The position numbers and the translations under genes are program-made. The notes under the pieces were generated by a model. It ran no database searches. It was not told the origin of the DNA and worked only from the letters and a program-made list of their open reading frames with translations. This document shows positions 46,116 to 56,802 of a stretch of 64,000 bases of DNA, piece after piece (within the stretch, counting starts at the first letter, position 1; each line of letters starts with the position of its first letter). The DNA is from a virus, in the IMG/VR virus record IMGVR_UViG_3300032313_000664, positions 25,839-89,838 of that record, one strand, 5' to 3'.

Positions 46116-47356
46116 ATACAGAAGCAACTTTAATTTCTGCCGTATGTAAGAATAAAGATATTAGCACACTGCTTGCAGACAATGTTGACGACCTATTTAC
46201 TTCCCATAGAGATATCTGGGAAAGCTTAAAGTCGTACTACTATAAGTTTAAAGCCGTGCCAGAGGCTGGCGTTCTTATGGAACGACATAAAGACTTTGAG
46301 CCAGTTGAAGCAAAGGCAGAGACTGGATACTACCTAGACATATTAAAGAACGAGTTTATTTCAAACAAACTCAAGACAATCATTTTACGTGGAGGATCTG
46401 CTCTTAAAGAAGATGCAGCATCTAGAGTTCTTGCACAAATGCAAAGCGACCTTGCTGGACTAAGTCGATATACAAATAATGTAAGAGACTTAGACATTGT
46501 TGATGTTGAAAATGCAGCACGACATTATCAAGCAGTTAAAGAGCGCTCATCTGTAATGGGTGGAGCACCAGGAATCCTAACTGGATTTGATGCTATTGAT
46601 AAAGCATATCCAACAGGAATGGCACCAGGACATTTAATTGTTGCCATTGGTTGGCCAGGAAAAGGAAAGACGTGGTTTACTTCGTACCTTGCTTGCAAGG
46701 CTTGGGAGCAAGGCTTTAAGCCAATGATTGTTTCTCTTGAAATGTCTCCAGAGAATATGCGTGACCGTATCTTTACAATGCTTGGGTCTGGTATATTCCG
46801 TGCAAGCGATTTGTCAAAGGGTGACATTAACATTGATGACTTCCGTAACTGGGGAAACAAAAAGTTTGAGGGCAAAAATAGTTTTGTTTTGATCTCAAAT
46901 GAGGGTGCATCAGAAGTTACTCCTGCAACCATTCAGGGCAAGATAGATCAGCACAAGCCAGACTTAGTTATTCTAGATTACCACCAGCTGTTTAACGATA
47001 ACAAGCGTTCAAATTCTGAAGTAGAAAGAAACAGAAACGTTTCTCGTGAATTTAAAATGCTTGCTGTATCTAATAACATTCCTATCATTGATATTACTGC
47101 TGCAACAGCAGACGATATATCTGATCAGGAAAATCCGCCAATGATGTCTCAGGTTGCTTGGTCTAAAGCAATTGAGTACGATGCCGATATGGCTCTTGCG
47201 GTACACAGGTACCCACAGACCAATATGATTGAGATTGTGTCTAGAAAGAATAGACACGGTCATGACTTTAATTTCTATTTGGACTGGGATATTAACCGTG
47301 GTATCGTCAAAGAAATTTACGAGAACCCATTCCAAAATGACGCACAAAAGAATTAA
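46112..47356 (+). CDS. dnaB: DnaB-like replicative helicase
   Basis: Walker A GWPGKGKT, SLEM, ILDY, IEYDAD, KNRHG. Confidence 0.92.
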   Translation: MNTEATLISAVCKNKDISTLLADNVDDLFTSHRDIWESLKSYYYKFKAVPEAGVLMERHKDFEPVEAKAETGYYLDILKNEFISNKLKTIILRGGSALKEDAASRVLAQMQSDLAGLSRYTNNVRDLDIVDVENAARHYQAVKERSSVMGGAPGILTGFDAIDKAYPTGMAPGHLIVAIGWPGKGKTWFTSYLACKAWEQGFKPMIVSLEMSPENMRDRIFTMLGSGIFRASDLSKGDINIDDFRNWGNKKFEGKNSFVLISNEGASEVTPATIQGKIDQHKPDLVILDYHQLFNDNKRSNSEVERNRNVSREFKMLAVSNNIPIIDITAATADDISDQENPPMMSQVAWSKAIEYDADMALAVHRYPQTNMIEIVSRKNRHGHDFNFYLDWDINRGIVKEIYENPFQNDAQKN

Positions 47357-47636
47357 AAGATTTCAAATTGATGTACAGTTTCATGATAACATTCAGCTTA
47401 TTAGTCTTAAGCCGCAATATGAAAACTTACTTACTCACGATATGAGATCAAAAGGATATGTGAGAGTGCTTGACATAGACACAGCATTTTCGGTAGAATT
47501 TACAGGCGAAACATGGAAGTTCTTAATGACACTCCATGGTGTATACGTAGGAAAGAAGCAGGCATGGCTATCAGAGGGTATAACGCAAGGAAAATTGATT
47601 CCACGCAATATGCGCCCAACCATATCAAGTCAATAG
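47337..47636 (+). CDS. Hypothetical protein
   Basis: Start placed at ATG 47337 (MTHKRIKRF); GYVRVLDID. Confidence 0.6.
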   Translation: MTHKRIKRFQIDVQFHDNIQLISLKPQYENLLTHDMRSKGYVRVLDIDTAFSVEFTGETWKFLMTLHGVYVGKKQAWLSEGITQGKLIPRNMRPTISSQ

Positions 47637-48562
47637 TAAAAGCTCTTGGCTTAGACGTAGTTGCGGAACCAGGTAATGAGGTTATGTTTTACTGCCCATT
47701 TCATTCTAATAGACACACAGCTTCCTGCTGCATAAACAAGTCTTCAGGTGCCTGGCTATGCTTTAACCCTTCATGTGGAGAGTCTGGAACATTAACAGAG
47801 TTAGTTAGAAGAGTTTTACACAAAAATGATTTTGAGGCAATTAGATTTATTGCTGCACAGGAAAAAGAAGCATTAAATAATTTTGATGAAGTTATGGCTA
47901 GCATCTTTGAAGACAAGCCAGACTTCGAAGAGTTTTCACAAGAGACCTTAGATAAATTATATGCAGATCTATCTACAAGCAAAGAGGCTCAAGACTATTT
48001 ACTATCCCGTGGGATTAATAAGTCGTCAATTGATTATTTTAAATTAGGGTATTCCTCTAATATGAATATGGTTATCACTCCAGTCCATAGTCCAGACGGA
48101 ACGCCTATAGGTTTAGTGGGAAGATCAATTGAGGGCAAGTCATTTAAAAATAGCACTAACTTGCCTAAGAGCAAAACTTTATTTAACGTTCACCGTGCCA
48201 AGAAGATTGGCGAACATGTTATTGTAGTTGAGTCTAACTTTGATGCAATTAGAATACATCAGGCGGGATTCCCAAACGTAGTAGCAGTCCTAGGTGGAAT
48301 ATTATCCACAGAGCAGCATAAACTTTTAAATAGATACTTTAATAAAATAACTGTAATGACAGACTCAGATTTGGCTGGCAGAGAGCTAGGCTTGAGCATA
48401 GCCAATAGATTAAAGAACAAAGACCTCTTGTGGGCTTCCCATGAATATGGTAAGATATATCCACATGATGCAAAAGATGCTGGCGACATGACTGATGAAG
48501 AAATTAAAATCTGTATTAAAAATGCAGTATCAGACATAGAGTACAGGTCTTGGACCCCATAA
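47564..48562 (+). CDS. dnaG: DNA primase (CHC2 zinc finger + TOPRIM)
   Basis: CPFH..CFNPSC, VVESNFDA, TDSDLAG, KDAGD; start position uncertain. Confidence 0.9.
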   Translation: MAIRGYNARKIDSTQYAPNHIKSIVKALGLDVVAEPGNEVMFYCPFHSNRHTASCCINKSSGAWLCFNPSCGESGTLTELVRRVLHKNDFEAIRFIAAQEKEALNNFDEVMASIFEDKPDFEEFSQETLDKLYADLSTSKEAQDYLLSRGINKSSIDYFKLGYSSNMNMVITPVHSPDGTPIGLVGRSIEGKSFKNSTNLPKSKTLFNVHRAKKIGEHVIVVESNFDAIRIHQAGFPNVVAVLGGILSTEQHKLLNRYFNKITVMTDSDLAGRELGLSIANRLKNKDLLWASHEYGKIYPHDAKDAGDMTDEEIKICIKNAVSDIEYRSWTP

Positions 48563-48614
48563 TAAAACAAACTAAAGATGGATATATACCATCAACTATA
48601 TGAAACGAGGAAGC

Positions 48615-49280
48615 ATGGGAATAGTAAAAGGGTTGAAAGACCTTAACAAAGTGATGGACAAGCCGCAGTCTTCAGGTGGAGACGGTACAAAGGCTCGTTG
48701 GGTTAAGTTAGAGGATGCAGAAAGCGTTAAAGTTCGTTTTCTTCAAGAACTTGATCCAGACTCACCTACCTACAATGAAAAGCTGGGCCTTGGATTTATT
48801 GCAGTAGAACACACAAATCCAAAAGACTATCGTCGCAAGGCTCTATGCACAATGGATGACCAAGGTAAGTGCTACGGTTGCGAACAACACCGCAAGGACT
48901 ACAAGGCAGGATGGAAGGGCCGTTCACGACTCTACATTAATGTTCTTGTAGATGACGGCAAGGAAGATCCTTATGTAGGAATCTTGTCTCAGGGTTCAAG
49001 TGGAAAAACAATTACACCAACACTTATCGAGTACGCTGGAGAAATGGGAAGCATTACTAACCTAATGTGGCGCATTAAGCGTACTGGCACAAAGACAGAT
49101 ACAAGTTACACAATTATCCCACTTGCAAAAGATGAAACACCATTTGATGGTTCATCACTTGAGCTTTATCAGCTTGAGGATACAGCAGTGCGTGACATGC
49201 CATACACAGAGCAAGAAGCATTTTTTGCTGGTGAAGCAAATGGCGAAGAGTCTACTTCTTCAAGTAGCGTAGACTGGTAA
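48615..49280 (+). CDS. Single-stranded DNA-binding protein (gp32-like)
   Basis: Start placed at ATG 48615 after GAGG; H/C..CYGC possible Zn site; acidic tail ending in DW; lies between primase and polymerase. Confidence 0.7.
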   Translation: MGIVKGLKDLNKVMDKPQSSGGDGTKARWVKLEDAESVKVRFLQELDPDSPTYNEKLGLGFIAVEHTNPKDYRRKALCTMDDQGKCYGCEQHRKDYKAGWKGRSRLYINVLVDDGKEDPYVGILSQGSSGKTITPTLIEYAGEMGSITNLMWRIKRTGTKTDTSYTIIPLAKDETPFDGSSLELYQLEDTAVRDMPYTEQEAFFAGEANGEESTSSSSVDW

Positions 49281-49303
49281 TAGGTTAAGAGGCGGAGAGT
49301 TAA

Positions 49304-52300
49304 ATGAAATTTACACACTTACATGTGCATTCCTACTATTCTTTAATGGATGGACTTAACTCTCCCCTCGAACTTGTTCAGGCTGCGAAGGCAGCGGGAC
49401 AAACAGCAATAGCAATAACAGATCACGGAACCTTGTCTTCACATAGAGAAATGCAGATTGCCTGTAAAGAAGAGGGCATAAAGCCAATCCTTGGAGTTGA
49501 AGCCTACATATCTCCAACAGACAGATTTGATAAATCTTCAAAGACAGATAAATCTATTCAGGCATATAACCACATTATCCTTTTAGCAAAAAATAAAAAA
49601 GGATTAGAAAACATTAATATTCTCCAAGAGATTGCTTGGAACGAAGGCTTTTATCATAAGCCTAGAATTGATAGAGAGGTTCTTAAGGAATATGCAGAAG
49701 GTGTTATTGTTCTTAGCGGATGCCTTAATGGGCTTATTAGTAAGTGCATCGAAAAGGGCGAATTTTCAGAAGCAAAGATTATACTCAAAGATTTTAAGCA
49801 AACTTTTCAAGAAGATTTTTATGTGGAGGTTCAGTCTCATAATCCGAAAGAGATAAATTCTAAATTACTGGAGCTTGCTGACGAACTTAATATTAAGGCG
49901 GTGGCGACTGGAGATGCTCACTTTGCTAAAGAAGAAGATAGAGTATTAGAAGAGGCAATGCTTATATTATCAACATCCCCTAAGATGGATAAGGATGCTG
50001 ACTTTGAAATGTCTAGACAGATTAAAGATATTAATGAAAGATTAAACTATCTATACCCAGACCGTAGAATATCATTTCAGGATTACAATTTATTTATCCA
50101 ATCACGATCTGAAATTGAAGCTGACTTTAATAAGGCTGGAATTACTCGTACAGATATATATGATAATACTATTGAAATTACTAATAAAATTAAGGAATAC
50201 GACTTTAACAGTGGTTTAGACTTGCTCCCAGTACCCAAGACAGATGCCGACGAGAAACTGGCTCAGATGGCCTCTGAAGGCCTTAAACGCCTAGGTCTGA
50301 CAGAGTCTCAAGTCTACATTGATAGGCTTGATGAAGAGTTATCTGTAATTAAAGATAAGTCATTTGCATCCTATTTCTTAGTTGTTGCCGATATGATTAA
50401 CTGGGCAAAGAGTAACGATATCAAGGTTGGCCCAGGCCGAGGTTCGGCAGCAGGCTCACTGGTTTGCTATGCCCTTGGTATTACAGATGTAGATCCAATC
50501 AAGTATGATTTGCTATTCTTCCGATTCATTAACCCAGAACGTAATGACTTTCCAGATATTGATACAGACTTTGAAGATCGCCGTCGTAAAGAGGTTAAAG
50601 ATTATTTAAAGAAAAAGTTTAAGCACGTTGCATCTATTTCTACATATACTTATTTTAAAGATAAGGGTGTAATTAGAGATGCTGCTCGTGTGTTTATGGT
50701 CCCGCTTTCAGATGTTAATCGTGCCATGAAATCTATTGATACGTTTGAAGATTTTATTGACTCCCCAAATACTAAAGAGTTTAGAACTAAGTACCCAGAG
50801 GTTGTTTGGCTTGCAGACAGACTGCGTGGAAGAATTAGATCCGTAGGTGTTCACGCAGCAGGTGTTGTTGTAGCAAAGGATGATCTTAGAAAATATGCAC
50901 CAGTAGAATCAAGAGCTGATGCAAGTGATTTAGTTTCAGGAAGAATTCCAGTCGTCGCATACGATATGGATACGGTTGCAGATATAGGTCTTATTAAGCT
51001 AGATGCACTAGGTCTTAAGACTTTATCTGTGATCTCTGACACCCTTGCTTCAATTAAAAAGCGTTCAGGTAAAGATATAAATCTATCTAAGTTAACACTT
51101 GATGACCCAGATGTTTACAAGGTTTTGAGCGAAGGCTATACAAAGGGTGTATTCCAAGCAGAAGCAACCCCTTATACCAATTTGCTAATTAAAATGGGTG
51201 TAGATAAGTTTGAAGATCTTGCTGCATCAAACGCATTGGTTCGTCCAGGAGCTATGAATACGGTAGGTGCTTCTTATATTAAGCGTAAGCATGGTGATGA
51301 AGCAGTACAGTTTATTCATCCAATCATGAAGCCATTTACAGAAAATACATACGGAGTTATTATTTATCAAGAACAGGTCATGCAGGCTTGTGTGCACCTC
51401 GGAGGAATGACTTGGTCAGAAGCTGACAAAGTTCGTAAAATTATTGGAAAGAAGAAAGATGCAAAAGAGTTCGACCAGTTCAAGGATCGCTTTATTGATG
51501 GCGCTTCAAAACACATTTCTAAGAAGCAAGCCGAAACGCTATGGCATACTTTCGAGGCTCATGCTGGGTATTCTTTTAACCGTTCCCATGCTGTTGCTTA
51601 CTCTATGCTCTCTTACTATACTGCTTGGCTCAAGACTTATTATCCTTTGGAATTTATGTTCTCGATTCTTAAAAACGAAAATGACAAAGACGCCAGAACA
51701 GAATATTTAATTGAAGCAAAAAGATTAAATCTGAGCATTAAGCTTCCACACATTAATGAATCAGACGTGTTCTTTTCATTAAAGGGAGACTCAATTAGAT
51801 TCGGCTTGGGTGAAGTAAAGTTTATTTCAGATAGTATTGCAAATAAAATTATTGATCAGAGACCATTTAAATCTTATTCTGAATTTATTGAAAAGGCTTC
51901 TAAGAAGGGCAGCGGAATCAATAGCCGTGCAATATCTGCACTGAATGCAATTGGTGCTGCGGCATTTGAAGACAATCCAAGAAGCGGAAATGAAAAGGAT
52001 AGCTACTACGAGTATCTAGGCATACCTACATTTAACCTAGAAGGAATTCCACCACGTATTAAATCACAGGCAAGACCGATTGAAGAGTTTGAAGACCTAG
52101 GGTCATTTGTTATGTTTGGAATGGTTAAATCAATTAAGCGTGGTAACGGTTGGGCACGTATTGAATTGGTAGATGAGACTGGGTCAATTGGACTATTCCA
52201 TACTGAGCAAACACAAATAGAGACTGGGCAGATGTACTTTATCCTTGTTGGAGATAACAGAATTGCTCGCTATGTAAAGGTAAGTGATATTGATCCTACG

Positions 52301-52573
52301 GGCTCTAATTCATTTGTAGATTATCTTTATAAAAAGCGTTATGATCTTGACGAAGACGAGTATGTTGTAGTAGACTTTACTCCGTATGTAACAAAAGCTG
52401 GGAAGACAATGAGCCACATAGTTCTTTCCAATTCAGAGAAAGAATTAACTAGAGTAATTGCTTTCCCAACAATGTATAAGATGTCCCTAGCTAAAATGCG
52501 TGAGGGAATGAAGTGTAAGGTTGTTCTATCTACTTTAGATGATGGAACTTTAATGGTAAAGGAAATAAAATGA
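49304..52573 (+). CDS. dnaE: DNA polymerase III alpha subunit
   Basis: PHP HLHVHSYYSLMDG, TDHG, GRGSAAGS, PDIDTDF, KLDALGL, YSFNRSHA. Confidence 0.95.
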   Translation: MKFTHLHVHSYYSLMDGLNSPLELVQAAKAAGQTAIAITDHGTLSSHREMQIACKEEGIKPILGVEAYISPTDRFDKSSKTDKSIQAYNHIILLAKNKKGLENINILQEIAWNEGFYHKPRIDREVLKEYAEGVIVLSGCLNGLISKCIEKGEFSEAKIILKDFKQTFQEDFYVEVQSHNPKEINSKLLELADELNIKAVATGDAHFAKEEDRVLEEAMLILSTSPKMDKDADFEMSRQIKDINERLNYLYPDRRISFQDYNLFIQSRSEIEADFNKAGITRTDIYDNTIEITNKIKEYDFNSGLDLLPVPKTDADEKLAQMASEGLKRLGLTESQVYIDRLDEELSVIKDKSFASYFLVVADMINWAKSNDIKVGPGRGSAAGSLVCYALGITDVDPIKYDLLFFRFINPERNDFPDIDTDFEDRRRKEVKDYLKKKFKHVASISTYTYFKDKGVIRDAARVFMVPLSDVNRAMKSIDTFEDFIDSPNTKEFRTKYPEVVWLADRLRGRIRSVGVHAAGVVVAKDDLRKYAPVESRADASDLVSGRIPVVAYDMDTVADIGLIKLDALGLKTLSVISDTLASIKKRSGKDINLSKLTLDDPDVYKVLSEGYTKGVFQAEATPYTNLLIKMGVDKFEDLAASNALVRPGAMNTVGASYIKRKHGDEAVQFIHPIMKPFTENTYGVIIYQEQVMQACVHLGGMTWSEADKVRKIIGKKKDAKEFDQFKDRFIDGASKHISKKQAETLWHTFEAHAGYSFNRSHAVAYSMLSYYTAWLKTYYPLEFMFSILKNENDKDARTEYLIEAKRLNLSIKLPHINESDVFFSLKGDSIRFGLGEVKFISDSIANKIIDQRPFKSYSEFIEKASKKGSGINSRAISALNAIGAAAFEDNPRSGNEKDSYYEYLGIPTFNLEGIPPRIKSQARPIEEFEDLGSFVMFGMVKSIKRGNGWARIELVDETGSIGLFHTEQTQIETGQMYFILVGDNRIARYVKVSDIDPTGSNSFVDYLYKKRYDLDEDEYVVVDFTPYVTKAGKTMSHIVLSNSEKELTRVIAFPTMYKMSLAKMREGMKCKVVLSTLDDGTLMVKEIK

Positions 52574-52860
52574 CAGAAGAATATGATGTAAATGAAGTGC
52601 AGGCATCGCTAACAGCAAGCAAGGTTCTTGTTGCTATTTTGGAAACACTAGGTAGCGTAAGAGTTGAAACAAAAACTTTAGTTGAAGCAACTAATAAAGA
52701 CAAGCAGCTTGTCGTAGACTATGATGAAACTGGACCAGCTTTTATCTTTAGACTGCCATCCGATAGCGAATTTGAATTCAATGGTGTGCTAGCTGAAGGA
52801 GAAATTAAAGAGGCGGAATTAATTAATGACGAAGCGGAATTAATTAATGACTTCGAATAG
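52570..52860 (+). CDS. Acidic hypothetical protein
   Basis: 96 aa; C-terminal duplicated EAELIND. Confidence 0.7.
   Translation: MTEEYDVNEVQASLTASKVLVAILETLGSVRVETKTLVEATNKDKQLVVDYDETGPAFIFRLPSDSEFEFNGVLAEGEIKEAELINDEAELINDFE
52810..52851 (+). repeat. 21-bp tandem duplication
   Basis: GA[G/A]GCGGAATTAATTAATGAC x2. Confidence 0.9.
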
Positions 52861-53194
52861 CATAGTAACAGAGTACGGCCTAGATGCTCTATCAGCAGTT
52901 TTACATGAGACTGCAATTGAAAAGGGTTTCTGGGAAGGCACAATCAGTTACGACAAGGTTGGAAACAAGCTAGCGCTTGTGCATTCTGAAGTAACAGAAG
53001 TGCTTGAAGCAATTAGAAAAAATAAAGGGTCAGAAGAAGTTGTTGAAGAAATGGCAGATGTAATTATTAGATTGCTAGACATTTATGCAGCAATGAGAAA
53101 TTCAGGAGATTTAATTCATAGCCTAGATGACGTTCTAGATAAAAAAATTAATATAAATAAAGAAAGACCAAAGCTTCACGGCAATTTATTTTAA
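52847..53194 (+). CDS. MazG-like NTP pyrophosphohydrolase
   Basis: LVHSEVTEVLEA..EEMADVIIR. Confidence 0.8.
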   Translation: MTSNSIVTEYGLDALSAVLHETAIEKGFWEGTISYDKVGNKLALVHSEVTEVLEAIRKNKGSEEVVEEMADVIIRLLDIYAAMRNSGDLIHSLDDVLDKKININKERPKLHGNLF

Positions 53195-53203
53195 TGCTAT
53201 ACT
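53195..53203 (+). promoter_or_regulatory. Extended -10 promoter for recA
   Basis: TGCTATACT. Confidence 0.5.
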
Positions 53204-53223
53204 AAGGGAAAGAAAAGGTTCAC

Positions 53224-54228
53224 ATGAGTATATTAATAGACGATGTATTAGCAAAGCTAGATCCTAAAACAAGAGCAAGAGTTCAGTCTGCACAGGATGT
53301 TCAAGTTGAAAAACAACTCACACCCAGCATTGGATTAAATTTTGCTTTGCGTGGAGGGCTAGGATACGGAAGACAGGTTTTAGTATGGGGCAATAAGTCT
53401 GCAGGAAAGTCTTCTTTCTGTTTGCAGATGATAGCTTTGGCACAAAAAGAAGGAAAGACTTGTGCTTGGATAGATGCAGAAGCATCATACGATCAATCAT
53501 GGGCTGAAAGTTTAGGAGTAGATTCATCTTCCCTTATCTATTCTCCAGCAAAAACAGTTAATGATATGGTTGACGTAGCAACAAAGCTAATGGATGCTGG
53601 GGTTGACATGATAGTTGTTGATTCAATTTCTGCCCTACTGCCTGCAATTTATTTTGAAAAAGATGGAAATGAAATGAAAGATTTGCAAGATACTAAGCAA
53701 ATCGGCGCTGAAGCAAAGGATATGACCCACGCAGTCAAGATGTTAAACTATGCAAACAAAAACACACTACTTGTTCTCATCTCACAACAACGAAATCAGT
53801 TTGGATCTATGCATGCTTCGCACATCCCCACGGGTGGAATGGCAGTCAAGTTCTTTTCTTCAACCGTCATTAAGCTCTGGTCGTCAGAAGCTGAGGCTAA
53901 TGCTATTAAAGCTGGCGTTAAAGTTGGCGACAAAATTATCGAACAAAGAGTCGGAAGACCAGTTAACTGGATTATTGATTACAACAAACTCGGCCCCCCA
54001 AATTTATCGGGACAGTACGACTTTTATTACCAAGGGGACACTCTCGGTGTAGACCGTGTCGGTGAAACTCTTGATGTTGCAGAAATGTGCGGTATCGTAG
54101 AAAAAGGTGGAGCATGGTACACAGTAAATGGAGAACGTTTTCAAGGACGTGCAAAGGCTGTAGCATATTTAAAGGAAAATCCAGATGTTGTAGACAGCTT
54201 AGAAGAAGAGATAAATGCCAAATCTTAA
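53224..54228 (+). CDS. recA: RecA/UvsX-like recombinase
   Basis: GNKSAGKS, WIDAE, IVVDS, TGGMAVKF, GGAWY. Confidence 0.92.
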   Translation: MSILIDDVLAKLDPKTRARVQSAQDVQVEKQLTPSIGLNFALRGGLGYGRQVLVWGNKSAGKSSFCLQMIALAQKEGKTCAWIDAEASYDQSWAESLGVDSSSLIYSPAKTVNDMVDVATKLMDAGVDMIVVDSISALLPAIYFEKDGNEMKDLQDTKQIGAEAKDMTHAVKMLNYANKNTLLVLISQQRNQFGSMHASHIPTGGMAVKFFSSTVIKLWSSEAEANAIKAGVKVGDKIIEQRVGRPVNWIIDYNKLGPPNLSGQYDFYYQGDTLGVDRVGETLDVAEMCGIVEKGGAWYTVNGERFQGRAKAVAYLKENPDVVDSLEEEINAKS

Positions 54229-54403
54229 TGAGTTTCTTAATAAAAAAATTGAGCAAAAAGAATATAGCCTAGAAAAGCTTCCAGGTCTTAGGGCATGCAA
54301 TACATGCGATGAAGATGTTAATGGAGCAATGTGGGATCCAATTGAATTAGTAATGTCTTGGAGATGCTCTAAGGGCCATGAAACAACTTTTAAGGTTCAG
54401 TAA
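54215..54403 (+). CDS. Small Zn-binding protein
   Basis: CNTC...CSKGH. Confidence 0.65.
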   Translation: MPNLNEFLNKKIEQKEYSLEKLPGLRACNTCDEDVNGAMWDPIELVMSWRCSKGHETTFKVQ

Positions 54404-54714
54404 TGTCAGAAAGAGCAGAAGTAAAAAGAGATGGGGCTAAGGCTCAAAAAAATAGTGGCCGTGGCGACTATCAAAAAGGTGATGCAAAGTGGAACCAGTT
54501 CCTTGTGGACTACAAAGAAGCAAAAGCATCCTTTAATTTAAATAAAGATGTATGGGCTAAGATTTGTACAGATACCTTTAAGGTAAGTAGAGATATGCAC
54601 CCTGCACTTAAAATTATTATTGGTGAAGATTCTAAGGTCCGTCTTGGAATTATTGAATGGTCTGTATTAGAGGAACTGATACAATTTTGGGAGGACAACA
54701 ATGACAGAAGATAA
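54403..54714 (+). CDS. PD-(D/E)XK resolvase-like nuclease
   Basis: NSGRG..KGD..LVDYK. Confidence 0.65.
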   Translation: MSERAEVKRDGAKAQKNSGRGDYQKGDAKWNQFLVDYKEAKASFNLNKDVWAKICTDTFKVSRDMHPALKIIIGEDSKVRLGIIEWSVLEELIQFWEDNNDRR

Positions 54715-55039
54715 GAATACTCTTGAGCTAATTAGCAATATTACTGAGTTTAATGATTTACATGAGTTCATGAAAGATGAGCATCTAGATAAAGCATTGG
54801 CAATCGTAGTAAAGCTATTGATGAACCCAGATGTTCCTTCAGCAAAAGCACCTCATCTAATTATGGAGCTGCAGGCAATGTCAACTAAGTTTGCTGTACT
54901 TGCATCCGTGTATTCAACAATTGCAAAAGACAAAGCTGGAACCGCTAACAACAATAAGAAAAACATTTACTATTCAGTAAAGGAGTCCATAGACAAACTT
55001 GTAGATGCACTTAAGTATGTCGTTAGGTACAACTCATAA
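54701..55039 (+). CDS. Hypothetical helical protein
   Basis: GGAGG RBS; 112 aa. Confidence 0.7.
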   Translation: MTEDKNTLELISNITEFNDLHEFMKDEHLDKALAIVVKLLMNPDVPSAKAPHLIMELQAMSTKFAVLASVYSTIAKDKAGTANNNKKNIYYSVKESIDKLVDALKYVVRYNS

Positions 55040-55831
55040 ATGGCTAGAGATATTGTAAAGAACCTTAAGTTTAAAAAGCACACTGGAAAGTTCTTTGACC
55101 CAGAAAAGTTTGCAGATCTTCTAGACGAGGCTTACAGAAATACAAAACGTGCTGATGGGTCTATGACCAAGAAATCATTTAGTCCAAGCGCCCTTGGCTA
55201 TGGTCACGGCAAGTGTCCTAGATATTGGTACATGGCATTTTCTGGAGCAGTTTTTATTGATGACAACGATGCAGTTGCCGTTGCTAATATGGCACAAGGA
55301 ACTCAGGCGCATGAGCGATTACAGAAGCTTATTTCTACTATGCCAGAGTGGAGAGCGGAAGAAGAAGAGATTATTAATGAGTATCCACCGATCAGAGGAT
55401 TTATAGATCTTATTATGGAGTACGATGGCGAGACAGTAATTGGTGAAATTAAAACGGCAAAGCAAGAGGTTTGGGATACCAGACAATCAGAGATGAAGCC
55501 CACAGATAACCACATGCTACAACTTCTTACCTACATGAAGTTAAAGAATGCTAAAGAGGGATTTTTCTTATATGAGAATAAGAATACCCAAGAGATTTTG
55601 GTTATTCCAATTTCTATGAATGAAAAGAATACAAGGATTATCGAGGAGACCTTTGCTTGGATGTGCGAAGTCTGGGATAACTTTAAGGATGGAGATCTTC
55701 CTAAGAGACCAGAAGGTGCAACTAAATCCAAAATGCCTTGTACTTATTGCCCAGTTAAGAAAGAGTGCTACGAAAAGGGTGGTCCAGTAGGCACTGTTGA
55801 AATTGATTTGTTTTCGGTATCTAATTTATGA
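55040..55831 (+). CDS. Cas4-like (RecB-family) exonuclease with Fe-S cysteines
   Basis: SPS..CPR, GTQAH, GFID, EIKT, QLLTY, CTYCPVKKEC. Confidence 0.85.
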   Translation: MARDIVKNLKFKKHTGKFFDPEKFADLLDEAYRNTKRADGSMTKKSFSPSALGYGHGKCPRYWYMAFSGAVFIDDNDAVAVANMAQGTQAHERLQKLISTMPEWRAEEEEIINEYPPIRGFIDLIMEYDGETVIGEIKTAKQEVWDTRQSEMKPTDNHMLQLLTYMKLKNAKEGFFLYENKNTQEILVIPISMNEKNTRIIEETFAWMCEVWDNFKDGDLPKRPEGATKSKMPCTYCPVKKECYEKGGPVGTVEIDLFSVSNL

Positions 55832-56106
55832 TATGTGCAAATAAAGAGTGTGCTAAAGATTTTGAGCCAAAGACTCATAATCAAAAGTATTGCACAGATG
55901 AGTGCTGTAGAGTTGCAACAAACCGTAGGATCATGGAGAAGTATTATGAAAAGAAAGCTATTAGAAATGGTGCTGTTCGTCCATGCAAAAAATGTAAGAT
56001 ACAATTAAGTAGGTATAATAAAACAGAACACTGCGCCACATGTGCAAAGAATATTGATCTGGCTACAAAAGGCAAAGTAAAAAGGATGCTAGATGACATT
56101 GGCTAG
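55828..56106 (+). CDS. Cys-rich zinc-binding protein
   Basis: CANKEC, YCTDECC, CKKC, CATC. Confidence 0.7.
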   Translation: MICANKECAKDFEPKTHNQKYCTDECCRVATNRRIMEKYYEKKAIRNGAVRPCKKCKIQLSRYNKTEHCATCAKNIDLATKGKVKRMLDDIG

Positions 56107-56659
56107 TCTTGCAAAGACAAAAGCAAATAGGGTTTTGGGAATAGACGCCTCAACAAACTCTATTGCTTTCTGCTTAATGGAAGGTGATAAGCCATTAAAG
56201 TGGGGCAAGGTTGATCTTAATGGTCTTGATATATATGAAAAAATTCACGACGCAAAAAATAAAATGCATTCAATGCTTGAAGAATTAAAATCAGATTACA
56301 TTGTTGTCGAAGGTGCTGTGTTTGTTAAGTCAGCAGATGCTGTAATTAAACTATCATATGTTTATGGGGTTGTTATAGCAGAACTAATGTCGACGGGGGC
56401 AAAGGTTATAACAATAGCACCTTCATCCTGGCAATCCTACATAGGAAACAAGAACCCTACTAAAGATGAGAAGCAAGCAATAAGACTACTTAACCCAGGA
56501 TACGCAGACTCATGGTATCAAAACAAACTTAGAAATATGAGAAAGCAGAGAACTGCTGACTATTTTAATAGAAAGTATAATTTAAATGTGGTGGATTTTG
56601 ACGTTGCAGATAGCTTTGGTATTGCACATTATGCTAACAAGGTACTGACAGAACGATGA
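56093..56659 (+). CDS. ruvC: RuvC-like Holliday junction resolvase
   Basis: VLGIDAST, IVVEG, DVADSFGIA. Confidence 0.8.
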   Translation: MTLASLAKTKANRVLGIDASTNSIAFCLMEGDKPLKWGKVDLNGLDIYEKIHDAKNKMHSMLEELKSDYIVVEGAVFVKSADAVIKLSYVYGVVIAELMSTGAKVITIAPSSWQSYIGNKNPTKDEKQAIRLLNPGYADSWYQNKLRNMRKQRTADYFNRKYNLNVVDFDVADSFGIAHYANKVLTER

Positions 56660-56802
56660 AGTTGTATCAAAATAAAGACTGGCTATTCAGAAGGTATTCT
56701 GTTCAAAAGAAAACCATTATTGAAATAGCTGAAGAGTGTAAAGTTTCTGCTATGACTATACAGAGATACCTAGAAAAGTTTGGATTGACTAAAAAAAGAT
56801 GA
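56656..56802 (+). CDS. Small HTH protein (not in ORF track)
   Basis: 48 aa, MKLYQNKDWLFRRY..KTIIEIAEECKVSAMTIQRYLEKFGL; ATGA overlaps at both ends. Confidence 0.75.
   Translation: MKLYQNKDWLFRRYSVQKKTIIEIAEECKVSAMTIQRYLEKFGLTKKR

Noticed and set aside
48577-48593. GATGG-ATATATA-CCATC hairpin upstream of the SSB gene as an autoregulatory element
   Set aside because: Only a 5-bp stem; too weak to support without conservation data
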